DNA from: Octopus vulgaris
Taxonomy: Eukaryota
Reading direction: 5' to 3'
DNA: 64,000 nt
NCBI GenBank assembly: GCA_951406725.2
Contig: OX597815.1
Span: 159,092,001-159,156,000, forward strand
The position numbers and the translations under genes were made by a program. The notes under the pieces were generated by a model. The model saw nothing but the letters and a program-made list of their open reading frames with translations, searched no databases and was not told the DNA's origin. Below are positions 52,212 through 64,000 of the stretch, in pieces. Positions within the stretch are counted from its first letter, which is position 1, and the number at the start of each line of letters is the position of its first letter.

Positions 52212-53002
52212 TATCACATCTACATTGTTTTGAATTAATCATACGTTATCTCATAGCTTTGAGATTTTGATGATGTAATAGTGTATTTTTAGAATGACAT
52301 TGTAGGGTAGGTATGAAAGGCCATTTTGGCCATTTTGCTCATAAAAGTCAAAATATTTAGGCTGAATATGGCCAGTTTAAATGCCAAAGTTGTTGCAGGC
52401 ATTGATGTCAGAACACGAACAGCTGGAATAGAGAGAGTAATGAATCCTTTCTGACCTTTTAAAAGTTCTGCCAATCCACCACCAATCATGGTGGATTTGC
52501 TGAATGTAGAAACAAATACCGTGAGGCTGTCTATCCAACACCCTAATGACTATGTTATGTTAAATTGCTGTCTTATCCTCTTTGGTACCAACCTGCCTGA
52601 GGCTGCTCCTGGTTCTATGGTACAAAATTCATGTTATAAAAGAATTGAAAATTTCATTTGTTTAGGTTTTCTCTACAGATTTTCTTTAGAAATTATAAGC
52701 AGCACAGATTTGTTATGACATTTTGTATCCAAATATGCTCAATAAAAACATAGAGAATGGTGATAAACTATAACCTTATATCCTTACCACTGGAATATGC
52801 AAGAGTTCTTTATATTAGATGTATTTGGACATGAAACATCATAACAAATCAGTGCTGGCTATAATTTCTAAAAATGTTACAATTTCTAAAAGAATTATAT
52901 ATATTATAATTCTAAATTATATCCAATTATTTTACGAATTAAACTCAAACTTTATTTCAAAGCAGTGATTGGTACAGAATGACCAATTAAATGTTGGAAA
53001 AA

Positions 53003-53380
53003 TAAACTTCCCAACCACATGGTTCTGAATTCAGTCCCAATGCATGGCATCTTGGGCAAGTGTCTTCTACTATAGCCTCAGGCTAACCAAAACCTTGTGA
53101 GTGGATTTGGTAGACAGAAATTGAAAGAAGGCCGTCATACACACACATGTATGTATTTATGTATGTGTGTGTGTGTGTCTGTGTTTCTCCTCCACCACCA
53201 TCACTTAACCAGTGTTGGTGTGTTTACATCCTTGTAATTTAGAAGTTCAGCAAAAGAGACCAACAGAATAAGTTCTAGGATTTCAAAAATAAGTCCCGAG
53301 GCCAATTTGTTCTACTAAAAAAAAACCCTCAAAGCAGTGCTCCAGCATGGCTGCAGTCAAATGACTGAAACAAATAAAAG
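53003..53380 (+). mobile_element. SINE family A (CpG-decayed)
   Basis: Family A match with CG changed to TG/CA. Confidence 0.85.
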
Positions 53381-53547
53381 AACAATGGGATCTTGTTACA
53401 TTTTTTTCAACCCCACCCCTTTTCTTTTTCATTAATTTATAAGAAAAACAATGAATGCAATTGTATGAATGCATACAAAACCACCTCAGAACTATATTGT
53501 TTTGAAGATAATCTAGCGAAAATTCCAAAAGGTTGGCCTAAATTTAA

Positions 53548-53767
53548 CCCTTTAGCATTCAGATTATTCTGTCAAATGTAATATATATTTATTCACATTG
53601 TTTTGAAATAATAATGCATTATCTCAAAGCTTCAAGATTTCATTGGCGTGATTGCTTATTTCTAGAATGACATTGTAGGGTAGGTGTGAGAGACCAGATC
53701 AGTCCAATTTTAATGTAAAACAGGTAGAAAATTTGAGCCGGATATGGCTGGTATAGATATTAAAGGG
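53548..53767. mobile_element. piggyBac-type MITE (family F)
   Basis: TTAA|ccctttagcat ... tattaaaggg|TTAA. Confidence 0.85.
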
Positions 53768-53856
53768 TTAACAAGACCACCAACAATGCAAGCTCTTTCT
53801 AACAAAACCACTGTCCAACTAAAAACAATCATAAAAACACAACAAATAAATATTAA

Positions 53857-54078
53857 CCCTTTCGATACCAACCCGGCTGAAACCAGCTCTGGCTCAGTGG
53901 TACAAATGTCTTGTTTTCATAAGTTTTGAATTAAAATCTTCCACCAAACCTTAGTCACAATTTATGTTCCTAATACTAGCTTAATGATAACTAAGTTATT
54001 TTACTAAATTCATTGCTATAGTTAAAATTAATTGAAAGAAACACAGGGCATCTCAAAATAAATACAGTAAGGAAAGGG
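53857..54078. mobile_element. piggyBac-type MITE (family G)
   Basis: TTAA|ccctttcgatac ... gtaaggaaaggg|TTAA. Confidence 0.85.
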
Positions 54079-54093
54079 TTAAACTGAGTATGG

Positions 54094-54125
<32 letters not shown>

Positions 54126-54323
54126 ATGAGAAAGAGAGAAGAACTGAAATAAAACATGCCACACATTGATAGAGTTATCAAAATAGATACTCAATGCAAA
54201 TTAACTTGACACCAGGCATTAAAAGATCATATGCTAACCTTTCTATTAACTGAACTTACAACAATGAGACCCTTCATTATTATCATCTATCACCAATAGT
54301 AAGGTCTGCATTAAACATGTGTG

Positions 54324-54374
<51 letters not shown>

Positions 54375-54664
54375 TGTGTGAGTGTAAAATGACAGCATTG
54401 TTGACTGCCCTTATCCTGATTAATTGTTCCCCCACAGCATTGCTGTAATTTTCATTCCAAGTTATTTTTATTATTGCTATGAGGGAATTGTTTTGATTCT
54501 GTGGTTAGCTGGGTCAGGGCAAAGCAATTTCATAGAACTATAGGACATCAATATTTCATAGAGCCTTGTTGTTCGGTGTGGTTGTTATGTGACTAACCAG
54601 TGGTTAGCCTTGATCTGCCACCTTCTCACCCATCCATCCATCTACTCATCTGTCTGTCTGTCTG

Positions 54665-54738
<74 letters not shown>

Positions 54739-54950
54739 CCTTTCTTTCTTTCTTTCTAACTATCTGCCAATTTATCTATGATGATAATGATGATACATTT
54801 CCTGTCAGAAAAAGCAATAAAACAGGACATATTCACAAAGTAACACTTGCTTTCTGAACCAAAAGTCAAACTTAAAACCTCGAAGGACTGAAATGGATAT
54901 CAGCAAAAAAGAAAAATGAAAAAATAAATGCATAAAGTGAATGATAAGCA

Positions 54951-55340
54951 TAGGAGTGGCTGTGTGGTAAGTAGCTTGCTTATAAACCACATGGTTCTGG
55001 GTTCAGTCCCACTCCGTGGCACCTTGGGCAAGTGTCCTCTACTATAGCCTCGGGCCGACCAAAGCCTTGTGAGTGGATTTGGTAGACAGAAACTGAAAGA
55101 AGCCTGTTGTATGTATATATATGTGTGTGTATACGTTTGTGTCTGTGTTTGTCCCCCCAACATCACTTGATAACTGATGCTAGTGTGTTTAGGTCCCCGT
55201 AACTTAGCGGTTCGGCATAAAAGACCGATAGAATAAGTACTAGGGTTACAAAGAATAAGTCCTGCGGTCAATTTGCTCAACTAAAGGCAGTGCTCCAGCA
55301 TGGCCACAGTCAAGTGACTGAAACAAGTAAAAGAGTAAAA
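54951..55340 (+). mobile_element. SINE family A
   Basis: Full-length match to family A. Confidence 0.9.
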
Positions 55341-55439
55341 AAGATAATTATCAGACTGAACAGAGAGCAAGCATAGACAATATGGTGCAAATTGACAGTC
55401 ATTAGGGTGTGTTTTGGCACAAGATTGCTAGTAGTTTAA

Positions 55440-55661
55440 CCCTTTAGCTTAACCCTGGCTATATCTGGCCCTAATATTCTACCTGTTTTCTGTTCAAACC
55501 GACTAGATCCAGCCTCTCACACCTACCCTGAAATGTCATTTCAAAAGTATACAATCACATCATTGAAACCTCAAAGCTACAAGATAATAATACAAGGTTA
55601 ATCCAATACAATGTAAAGAAATATGCATTACATTAAAAAGAGTAATCTGAAATCTAAAGGG
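55440..55661. mobile_element. piggyBac-type MITE (family F)
   Basis: TTAA|ccctttag ... ctaaaggg|TTAA. Confidence 0.8.
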
Positions 55662-56404
55662 TTAAATCGGTGTTACCTTCTGTCCTTTCAAGGTCAAGAA
55701 ATCAAGTACCAGTAGAGTGCACTTTGATTGACCAGATTGGCAGAATGATCAACGTGTTGGATAAGATGCCTTTCATCATCTGTTGAATCTTTTTGCATTC
55801 AAGAGTTCAAATCCTATCTAGGTATTCAAATTACACCAATGGTAATATCATCATTCTCCCTCCAGGTACTAAGAAGCATCAAAGAATGGAACCGGCATCT
55901 CTCTGCAATCATAAAGCCATCTATCAGCTTAATACAATTTTACCCAGGATGTGAGGACTATGAAGATAAAGTACATGGGGTCTGAACTCACAGCTCTTTC
56001 TTCATATAAATTAACTCAGCAGCAAATGGCACCAGGGTTTTCAGAAATCTAGAAACATTCTTGACAAGGAAATGCTGCCATTTTCACATATACATAAATA
56101 TATACAGGCACACACATATACATATTTACACATACATATACATATTTACACACACACTTACATATATACACATACATGCATATATTAAGATAACTCAGCC
56201 TGATGATCAGCTACACTGTGAAGAGTTCATTGCATAACATTTGTATAATGAGGGATAACTAGTTAAGAAACATATGTAGATTACATTTTACTTGTTCCAC
56301 TTCCTCAACTGGAAATATTTGCTTATATCTATATGATTGATCTATATATGCATGCACACACACGTGTATACATGTGGATGTGTGTAATTATATAAATTGA
56401 TAGA

Positions 56405-57163
56405 TCTCTCTCTATATAAACGGCAGTTTGTCTGTGCGTGTTTCTGTGTGTCTGTTTTCTCGTACCCTCACTCTGACCACGGCTTTCAACCGATTCTGAT
56501 GAAACTTGACACACACATAGCCCAATGTCATAATTCAAAACTAACGCAGCGAAAATTTTGAAAAGTTCCCCCAGTTCTGAAAAAAAATCGATAAATTCGA
56601 CATGGGGTCGAGAATGAGAAACCCAAACCACAGACCGTCTAGGGGACGCAACTCCACCTGTTTTAACTCTCAAAAAAAATTTACCATCATTTTTTTCCCA
56701 TTTTTTTGCTATTTTTTGGCTATAACTCTCTAAAAATGCTTTATAGTTATTTCCCTTACAAACCTGAGCAACGCCGGGCGATACTGCTATCTCTCTCTAT
56801 ATAAACGGCAGTTTGTCTGTGCGTGTTTCTGTGTGTCTGTTTTCTCGTACCCTCACTCTGACCACGGCTTTCAACCGATTCTGATGAAACTTGACACACA
56901 CATAGCCCAATGTCATAATTCAAAACTAACGCAGCGAAAATTTTGAAAAGTTCCCCCAGTTCTGAAAAAAATCGATAAATTCGACATGGGGTCGAGAATG
57001 AGAAACCCAAACCACAGACCGTCTAGGAGACGCAACTCCACCTGTTTTAACTCTCAAAAAAAATTTACCATCATTTTTTTTCTATTTTTTGGCTATAACT
57101 CTCTAAAAATGCTTTATAGTTATTTCCCTTACAAACCTGAGCAACGCCGGGCGATACTGCTAG
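56405..57163 (+). mobile_element. Head-to-tail dimer of a non-autonomous Helitron
   Basis: Units 56405-56789 and 56790-57163 are nearly identical; A|TC start, CTAG|T end. Confidence 0.9.
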
Positions 57164-57512
57164 TAGACATATATAAGCATATAATTCATACATATATATA
57201 TGTTATATACACATACAAACATACTCATATATACTTATGTATACATATATATAATTATAAATATATATATACATACACACATACATATATCTATATATAC
57301 ATAATATAAATACATACACATATATATTTATAGAAATATATATATATACTGATATGTGTGTGTGTGTAATATATTAAAATATATGCACATAATTGATTTA
57401 ATATGTATGTGTTTCTACATGCATGGGATGGACATGTCCAAGTTATGAAATACAAGTCTGCAGAACTCTCTTTCCTTATCAGTGTAAGGCATTTGGCAGA
57501 CCAATAATAACC

Positions 57513-57749
<237 letters not shown>

Positions 57750-58538
57750 CACACATGCACATTTCCGCAAGGATACCTTAAATCATATGATAAATAGACG
57801 CAGACAATATACATACATATCTATATTTATACACACACACACACACACATAAATGTATGTATGTATATGTAAATATATATATATATACTAACACTAGAAA
57901 TAACACAGTAATCTGTTGTATATGTGCGTGCATGCATATGATATAAATAAATATATATATATATATATATATGTATTAGTCACACAGACTGATAACTGAG
58001 AAACATGTAGATTATATACACACAAGCATGCACACACAAGCACACACACACACATTCAGAAGCAATAAGGAACACCAAAATGAGGGAAATGTCAAGAAAA
58101 TTAAAAGCTGGAGGAGAGAAGAAAGAGTTTGGCACAAAATGTGAAGGATATCTGACAGAAGTAATTTCCTAAAATCCTGGTTGATGTCTACTTTAGATGT
58201 CTCTGGTTCTACCATTCTCAATCATATCGTGTTCTTTAAGGAAGCAGAAAGTTGGTGATTTTTTGGCACTCTAACCTTCCTTTTCACTACAGCTCTGACC
58301 TTATATACAAGCAATTTGTGAATGTTTATTTGAGGATGTGTGTATGAGTGCATGTGTGTGTATGAGAGAGAGAAATAGAAAATAGGAAAGGAGAAAAACA
58401 GAGAAAGACAGAAACAGACACTAGAGAAAAATCTATTGCATAAAGACATATGTATACATATACATACATGAATGTGAGTATGTATATATATATACATGCA
58501 TACACACAAACGTGTTAATTGCAAATATTTGTTTATTT

Positions 58539-58569
<31 letters not shown>

Positions 58570-58704
58570 GTAGATGTAGATGTGCATAAATAAGAATGTA
58601 CTTTATTTATCATGAAATACACCTACACACCAACAGACAAATAATGAATGTGTATGTGTGTGCACACAAATGAGCAGAATCATTGCAGAAAAGGATCAAG
58701 TAAT

Positions 58705-59120
58705 AAGGCGGCGAGCTGGCAGAATCGTTAGCATGCCGGGCAAAATGCATAGCGGTATTTTGTCTGCTGCTACGTTCTGAGTTCAAATTCCGCCAAGGTC
58801 GACTTTGCCTTTCATCCTTTCGGGGTCGATTAAATAAGTACCAGTTATGCACTGGGGTCGATATAATCGACTTAATCCGTTTGTCTGTCCTTGTTTGTCC
58901 TCTCTGTGTTTAGCCCCTTGTGGGTAGTAAAGAAATAGGTATTTTGTCTGTCGCTACGTTTTGAGTTCAAATTCCGTCGAGGTCGACTTTGCCTTTCATC
59001 CTTTCAGAGTTGATAAATTAAGTACCAGTTACGCACTGGGGTCGATGTAATCGACTTTATCCCATTGTCTGTCCTTGTTTGACACTCTATGTTTAGCCTC
59101 TTGAGGGCAATAAAAAATTA
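58705..59120 (+). mobile_element. SINE family B with tandem duplication of its 3' three-quarters
   Basis: Segment ggtattttgtctg...aaagaaat is repeated at about 58939-59120. Confidence 0.85.
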
Positions 59121-59272
59121 AGAAAAGGATCAGGTAATAAAACAAAATTTATAACAAGTCAACTAGGAACCTCTATTTGGTCATTTTAAACTGCTAGACT
59201 ATTACACCCAAATCTACTCCCAACTATACAAAACTGCCTAAAAAAGGATTGGAAGGTCATAATTAGATAATG

Positions 59273-59645
59273 TAGGAGTGGCTGTGTGGTAAGTAGCCTG
59301 CTCACCAACTACATTGTTCCGGGTTCAGCCCCACTGCATGACACCTTGTGTAAGTGTCTGCTACTATAGCCTTGGGCTGACCAAAGTCTTGTGAATAGAT
59401 TTGGTAGATGGAAACTAAAAGAAGCCTGTCATATATATGTGTGTGTTTGTGTCTCTGTGTTTGTCCTCCCACCATCGCTAGACAACCAAAGTTGGTGTGT
59501 TTACGTCCCCGTAACTTAGTGGTTCAGCAAAAGAGACTGACAGAGTAAGCACTAGGCTTATGAAGAATAAGTCCTGGGGTCGATCTGTTTGACTAAAGGT
59601 GGTGCTCCAGCATGGCCACAGTCAAATGACTGAAGCAAATAAAAG
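59273..59645 (+). mobile_element. SINE family A
   Basis: Full-length match to family A. Confidence 0.85.
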
Positions 59646-59976
59646 ATGGGATGGTCACAACTGGAACATCTCTGATCATATTTCTACTTCATCAGAGCTG
59701 ACATGGGCAAAAAATAACAATAACAACAACAACAACAATTACATTTCCATGGTTCACAGATATGAGCATTAAAGATTACCAATACTCTGTGATAAAGTGA
59801 CACTGCATAAGAAGTAGTTGGCTGACATGAAACAGCAGTGTCCTTGTGAAGGGTTTTACAGTAAAACAAATCACTTTTCTCTTTAATTTTAAACAAAACA
59901 GAAAGACAAAGTGTTTGATAAATTATTGCTATTTTAAAGTCTTCAGGCAATTCAGAGTGAGCAGGTCTATGATTAA

Positions 59977-60626
59977 CCTATTTGATACCAACCTGGCTGA
60001 AACCACTTCTGGTTTTGTACAACAAATGTCTTATTTTTATATGTTCTGAATAAAAATCTTCCACCAAACTTTAGTCACAATTTATGTTCCTGACACTAGC
60101 TTAATGATTACTAAGTTATATTACTAAATTCTTTGTTATCTCTTTTACTCTTTTACCTGTTTCAGTCATTTGACTGTGGCCATGCTGGAGCACCACCTTT
60201 TTAGTCAAGCAAATCAACCCCAGGACTTATTCTTTGAAAGCCTAGTACTTATTCTAACGGTCTCATTTGCCGAACCACTGTGTTACGGGGGACATAAACA
60301 AACAACCATCGGTTGTCAAGTGATGTTGGGGGGACAAACACAGACACATAAACACACACACACATACCTATATATATATATATATATATATACATATATA
60401 CAACGGGCTTCTTTCAGTTTCCGTCTACTAAATCCACTCCCAAGGCTTTGGTCGGCCCGAGGCTATAGTAGAAGACACTTGCCCAAGGTGCCATGCAGTA
60501 GGAATGAACCCAGAACCATGTGGTTGGTAAGCAAGCTACTTACCACATAGCCACTCCTGTGCCTATATTTAAAAATTAATCGAAAGAAACACAGAGCATC
60601 TGAAAACAAATACGGTAACGAGAGGA
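59977..60626. mobile_element. Family G piggyBac-type MITE interrupted by a minus-strand SINE A (about 60140-60563)
   Basis: The two halves align to 53857-54078; TTAA flanks. Confidence 0.85.
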
Positions 60627-60847
60627 TTAAAGATGTTCCAGCCATGGATACTGCATTTTTTCAATTTTTGTACTTTTTGGTTTACTGGTACCTTTTACTT
60701 ATTTCAGTCATTAGACTGTGACCATGCTGGGGCACCACCTTGAAGACAAAATTTTTTTAAGTCAAATGAATCAACCCCAGTAGTTGGGAGCGGCAAACAC
60801 TGAAACAAAGACACACACACACACGTACACATATTTATATATGTGTG

Positions 60848-61225
60848 TCTGTGTGGTAAGTAGCTTGCTTACCAGCCACATGGTTCCAGGTTCAGTCCCA
60901 CTGCATGGCACCTTGGGCAAGTGTCTTCTACTACAGCCTCGGGCCAACTAAAGACTTGTGAGTGGATTTGGTAGATGGAAACTGAAAGAAGCCTGTCATA
61001 TCTGTGTGTGCGTGCGTGTGTGTGTGTGTTTGTCCACCCACCATCACTTGACAACCGATGCTGGTGTGTTTACATCCCTGTAACTTATGCAGTTTGGCAA
61101 AAGAGACCAATAGAATAAGCATGTGGCTTACAAAGAATAAGTCCTAGGGTTGATCTGTTTAACTAAAGGTGGTGCTCCAGCATGGCTGCAGTCAAATGAG
61201 TGAAACAATTAAAAGAGTAAAAGAA
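60848..61225 (+). mobile_element. SINE family A
   Basis: Match to family A. Confidence 0.85.
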
Positions 61226-62007
61226 TATACAAAGTATACAAAGGGCTTCTTTCAGTTTCCGTCAACCAAATCAAGTCCCAAGCCTGGTACTTACTCTATT
61301 AGTGTCATTTTGCTGAACCCCTCAGTCATAGGGAAGTAAACGAATATAGAGACAAACACACACACACACACATATATATATAAGAGCAGCTATAGCATGT
61401 CAGTGGAGGGAAATTTGGTTGCTAATTCTAACAGATCAAACATCAGCATATAGGCTACCTTACTGGTTCAGACTTTCAGCCCCAGTTTTTCTCGACTTTG
61501 TAAAATACAGTAAAACAAGAAACTTGTATAAATAGAATGGTTAATGTTACCCTGAACATTATTTATTTCCATAATTGAGTCAGAATCTTATGGTTTGGTG
61601 GAATATTTCTTGAAATATATTCTGTCAGAATTGTGTGTTGAGCACAAATGCGTCCTTGAATAGAAACGAATACGTGTTTGTTTATAGAAAAACCTTCTGA
61701 AGAAAGATTTCAAATGATCAGCTATCCATGAAAAACAGCTGGTCCTTGGATGCTAACAAAGTTGTTGGATTGCTCGGCATTCTTTAGATATCAGAGTTCT
61801 GTTTTGGATCACGTTAATTCATGCTAAAACTGTTGACATATGGTGAGATAGAAGACATGTTTTTATTACAGATATCAACTTCCAAACAAGCTAACAGGTG
61901 CACATCTACGCATGTATATGATACATGTGTGTGTGTGTACATACACATGCATATATACATACATAACTACATGCATATACATAAAAGCACACACATACAC
62001 ATATGAT

Positions 62008-62058
<51 letters not shown>

Positions 62059-62097
62059 AAAAAAGGTTTGAAAATGCAATTTAAACGATGTTTATTT

Positions 62098-62138
62098 ACT
62101 TAACCGGTTTCACTCTTTGGTAAAAGATTGTCAAAAGT
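62098..62138 (-). ncRNA. Degenerate minimal hammerhead-like motif
   Basis: Minus strand: ACTT-TTGACAA-TCTTT-tacc-AAAGA-gt-GAAAC-CG-GTT-AAGT followed by AATAAA. Confidence 0.55.
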
Positions 62139-62152
62139 TACATTTAAGGAAA

Positions 62153-62293
62153 CATTGAATAATATGGGTTCAAAAAAAGTTTTTTACATAATTGTCACAT
62201 TGAATATTATGCATTCAAAAAAGTTTTTTACATAATTGTCACATTGGATATTATGAATTCAAAAATGTTTTTTTATACATAATTGTCACATTA
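62153..62293. repeat. ~44-bp minisatellite, about 3 copies
   Basis: cattgaatattatgcattcaaaaaagttttttacataattgtca units. Confidence 0.85.
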
Positions 62294-62649
62294 TTTGGGA
62301 AAATTTGGCAGAAAAGGATAAAACAAATATATTATTGGGAATTGGTTGCGTTAATTATTGGTTGTCGCAAATTGTCACATTACATGTATATATATACAAT
62401 CTTTGGTATATATATACAGCGTTTTGACAGCAAAAATTAAAATGGCTTTTTTGTACATCTCAGAATATTTTAAGTATGTTTTTACTGACCTGTCAGTATT
62501 AGCAGAAAGGCTGAACTGAGAGAACAGAAGAAGTAGCCAATGTGGTGTATACTTCCCCTTTATGCATGAATGATTTTGGGGTTATCAGGAGGTTAGTATG
62601 CGGGTGTGAATAGATGTGTCCATGCCTGCTGGTCAGACAGCGTCTGTTT

Positions 62650-62870
62650 GTCACACACATATATATACACACAAACACACACACACACAACAACACACAC
62701 ACACACACACATAGTATACAAACACACACCACATACAAACAACACACACACACACAGAACACACACACCCACACACAACGCACCCACATATATCACATAT
62801 ACACACAGCACACAAATATAACATGTATCTATATATAACATACACAGATATATAACACACATACACACAC

Positions 62871-62908
<38 letters not shown>

Positions 62909-63692
62909 TACATACATAATATAAATATCACACAAATACACCTAGCATATATATACACACATACAATACACACATACAGCATGTAAGTAATATATATACA
63001 CAATATATGCATGCAATATACATACGTAATACATACATATAATATATATATATATAGACAATGCATATACATATATACACATATACATATAAATAGTGTT
63101 TACATACACATACATAGATGTACCACATATACACACAACACACATACATACAATGCATACACATACACATACGCATACATATAATATATATATACACACA
63201 CACACACATAACATACATACACACACAATGCATACATATATATACACGCAATGCATATACATGTATTCATGCACATATAGCACACCTACAATATACATAT
63301 ATACAGTGCACACATATACACAAATATATACACTTAATTGTACACGTACATATACAATACACATACATACAATATACATATACACAATGCGCATGCAAAT
63401 AATGTACATGTTTATACACACATAAACATGCAAATAAATATACACACACACACATACACACACACACATATATATACACATATATATATATATATATACA
63501 CACATACATACATACATACATGCACATACATATATTTTTTCACACACATATATATATATAAAAAATTCACCACCCCCCACACACACAAATTACAAACCTA
63601 TAGCGTACACACTCAAATATATCTCTACATGCTGCACATACACACAAACAAAGTACTAACATATACACACATACCATGCATATACACACACA

Positions 63693-63735
<43 letters not shown>

Positions 63736-63965
63736 CAGATACATATGTAAATACATACACACGTACACAATGCTCACACACACACACACACACACATACA
63801 CACACACCCGCACACAGTGCACACACACACACACATATATACACACGTGCACACACACACACACATACAACGCGCGCACACACACATACACACACACACG
63901 CACACAGTGCACACACACACACACACACAACACTCACACACATACATCACCTACATATATATAAT
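62650..63965. repeat. Long degenerate CA/TA low-complexity tract
   Basis: Directly visible; source of the HT/YI/CV-rich ORFs. Confidence 0.9.
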
Positions 63966-64000
63966 GCATGCGTGTGCATGCCACGTATGTGTGCGGTCAA

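Overview
AT-rich, microsatellite-dense eukaryotic DNA. The SINE and repeat landscape looks like an octopus/coleoid cephalopod genome (inference). Nearly all ORFs in the supplied track are translations of simple repeats or SINEs. I recognise one host coding exon: the terminal exon of a TSEN54-like gene (minus strand, 35531-35684) with a poly(A) signal. No further exon was recognised to the right, implying an intron of at least 28 kb. The rest is mobile DNA: tRNA-derived SINEs, LINE relics (Tx1-like, RLE/R4-Dong-like, RTE, Penelope-like), three Helitron insertions (one a head-to-tail dimer), a DINE-1/Helentron-like element, and TA-, TTAA- and 8-bp-TSD MITEs, several nested. The most notable unannotated signals are: (1) at least six dissimilar minimal type-I hammerhead-ribozyme-like motifs, mostly beside (TA)n tracts, two in inverted pairs; (2) a 256-bp locally templated insertion with microhomology at both junctions; (3) GG-terminal 8-bp-TSD MITEs, with a TTAGGG-containing core shared by two MITEs; (4) a sharp drop in CpG content near 28-29 kb, next to a promoter-like island. 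All calls were made by eye; repeat boundaries are approximate unless termini are quoted.
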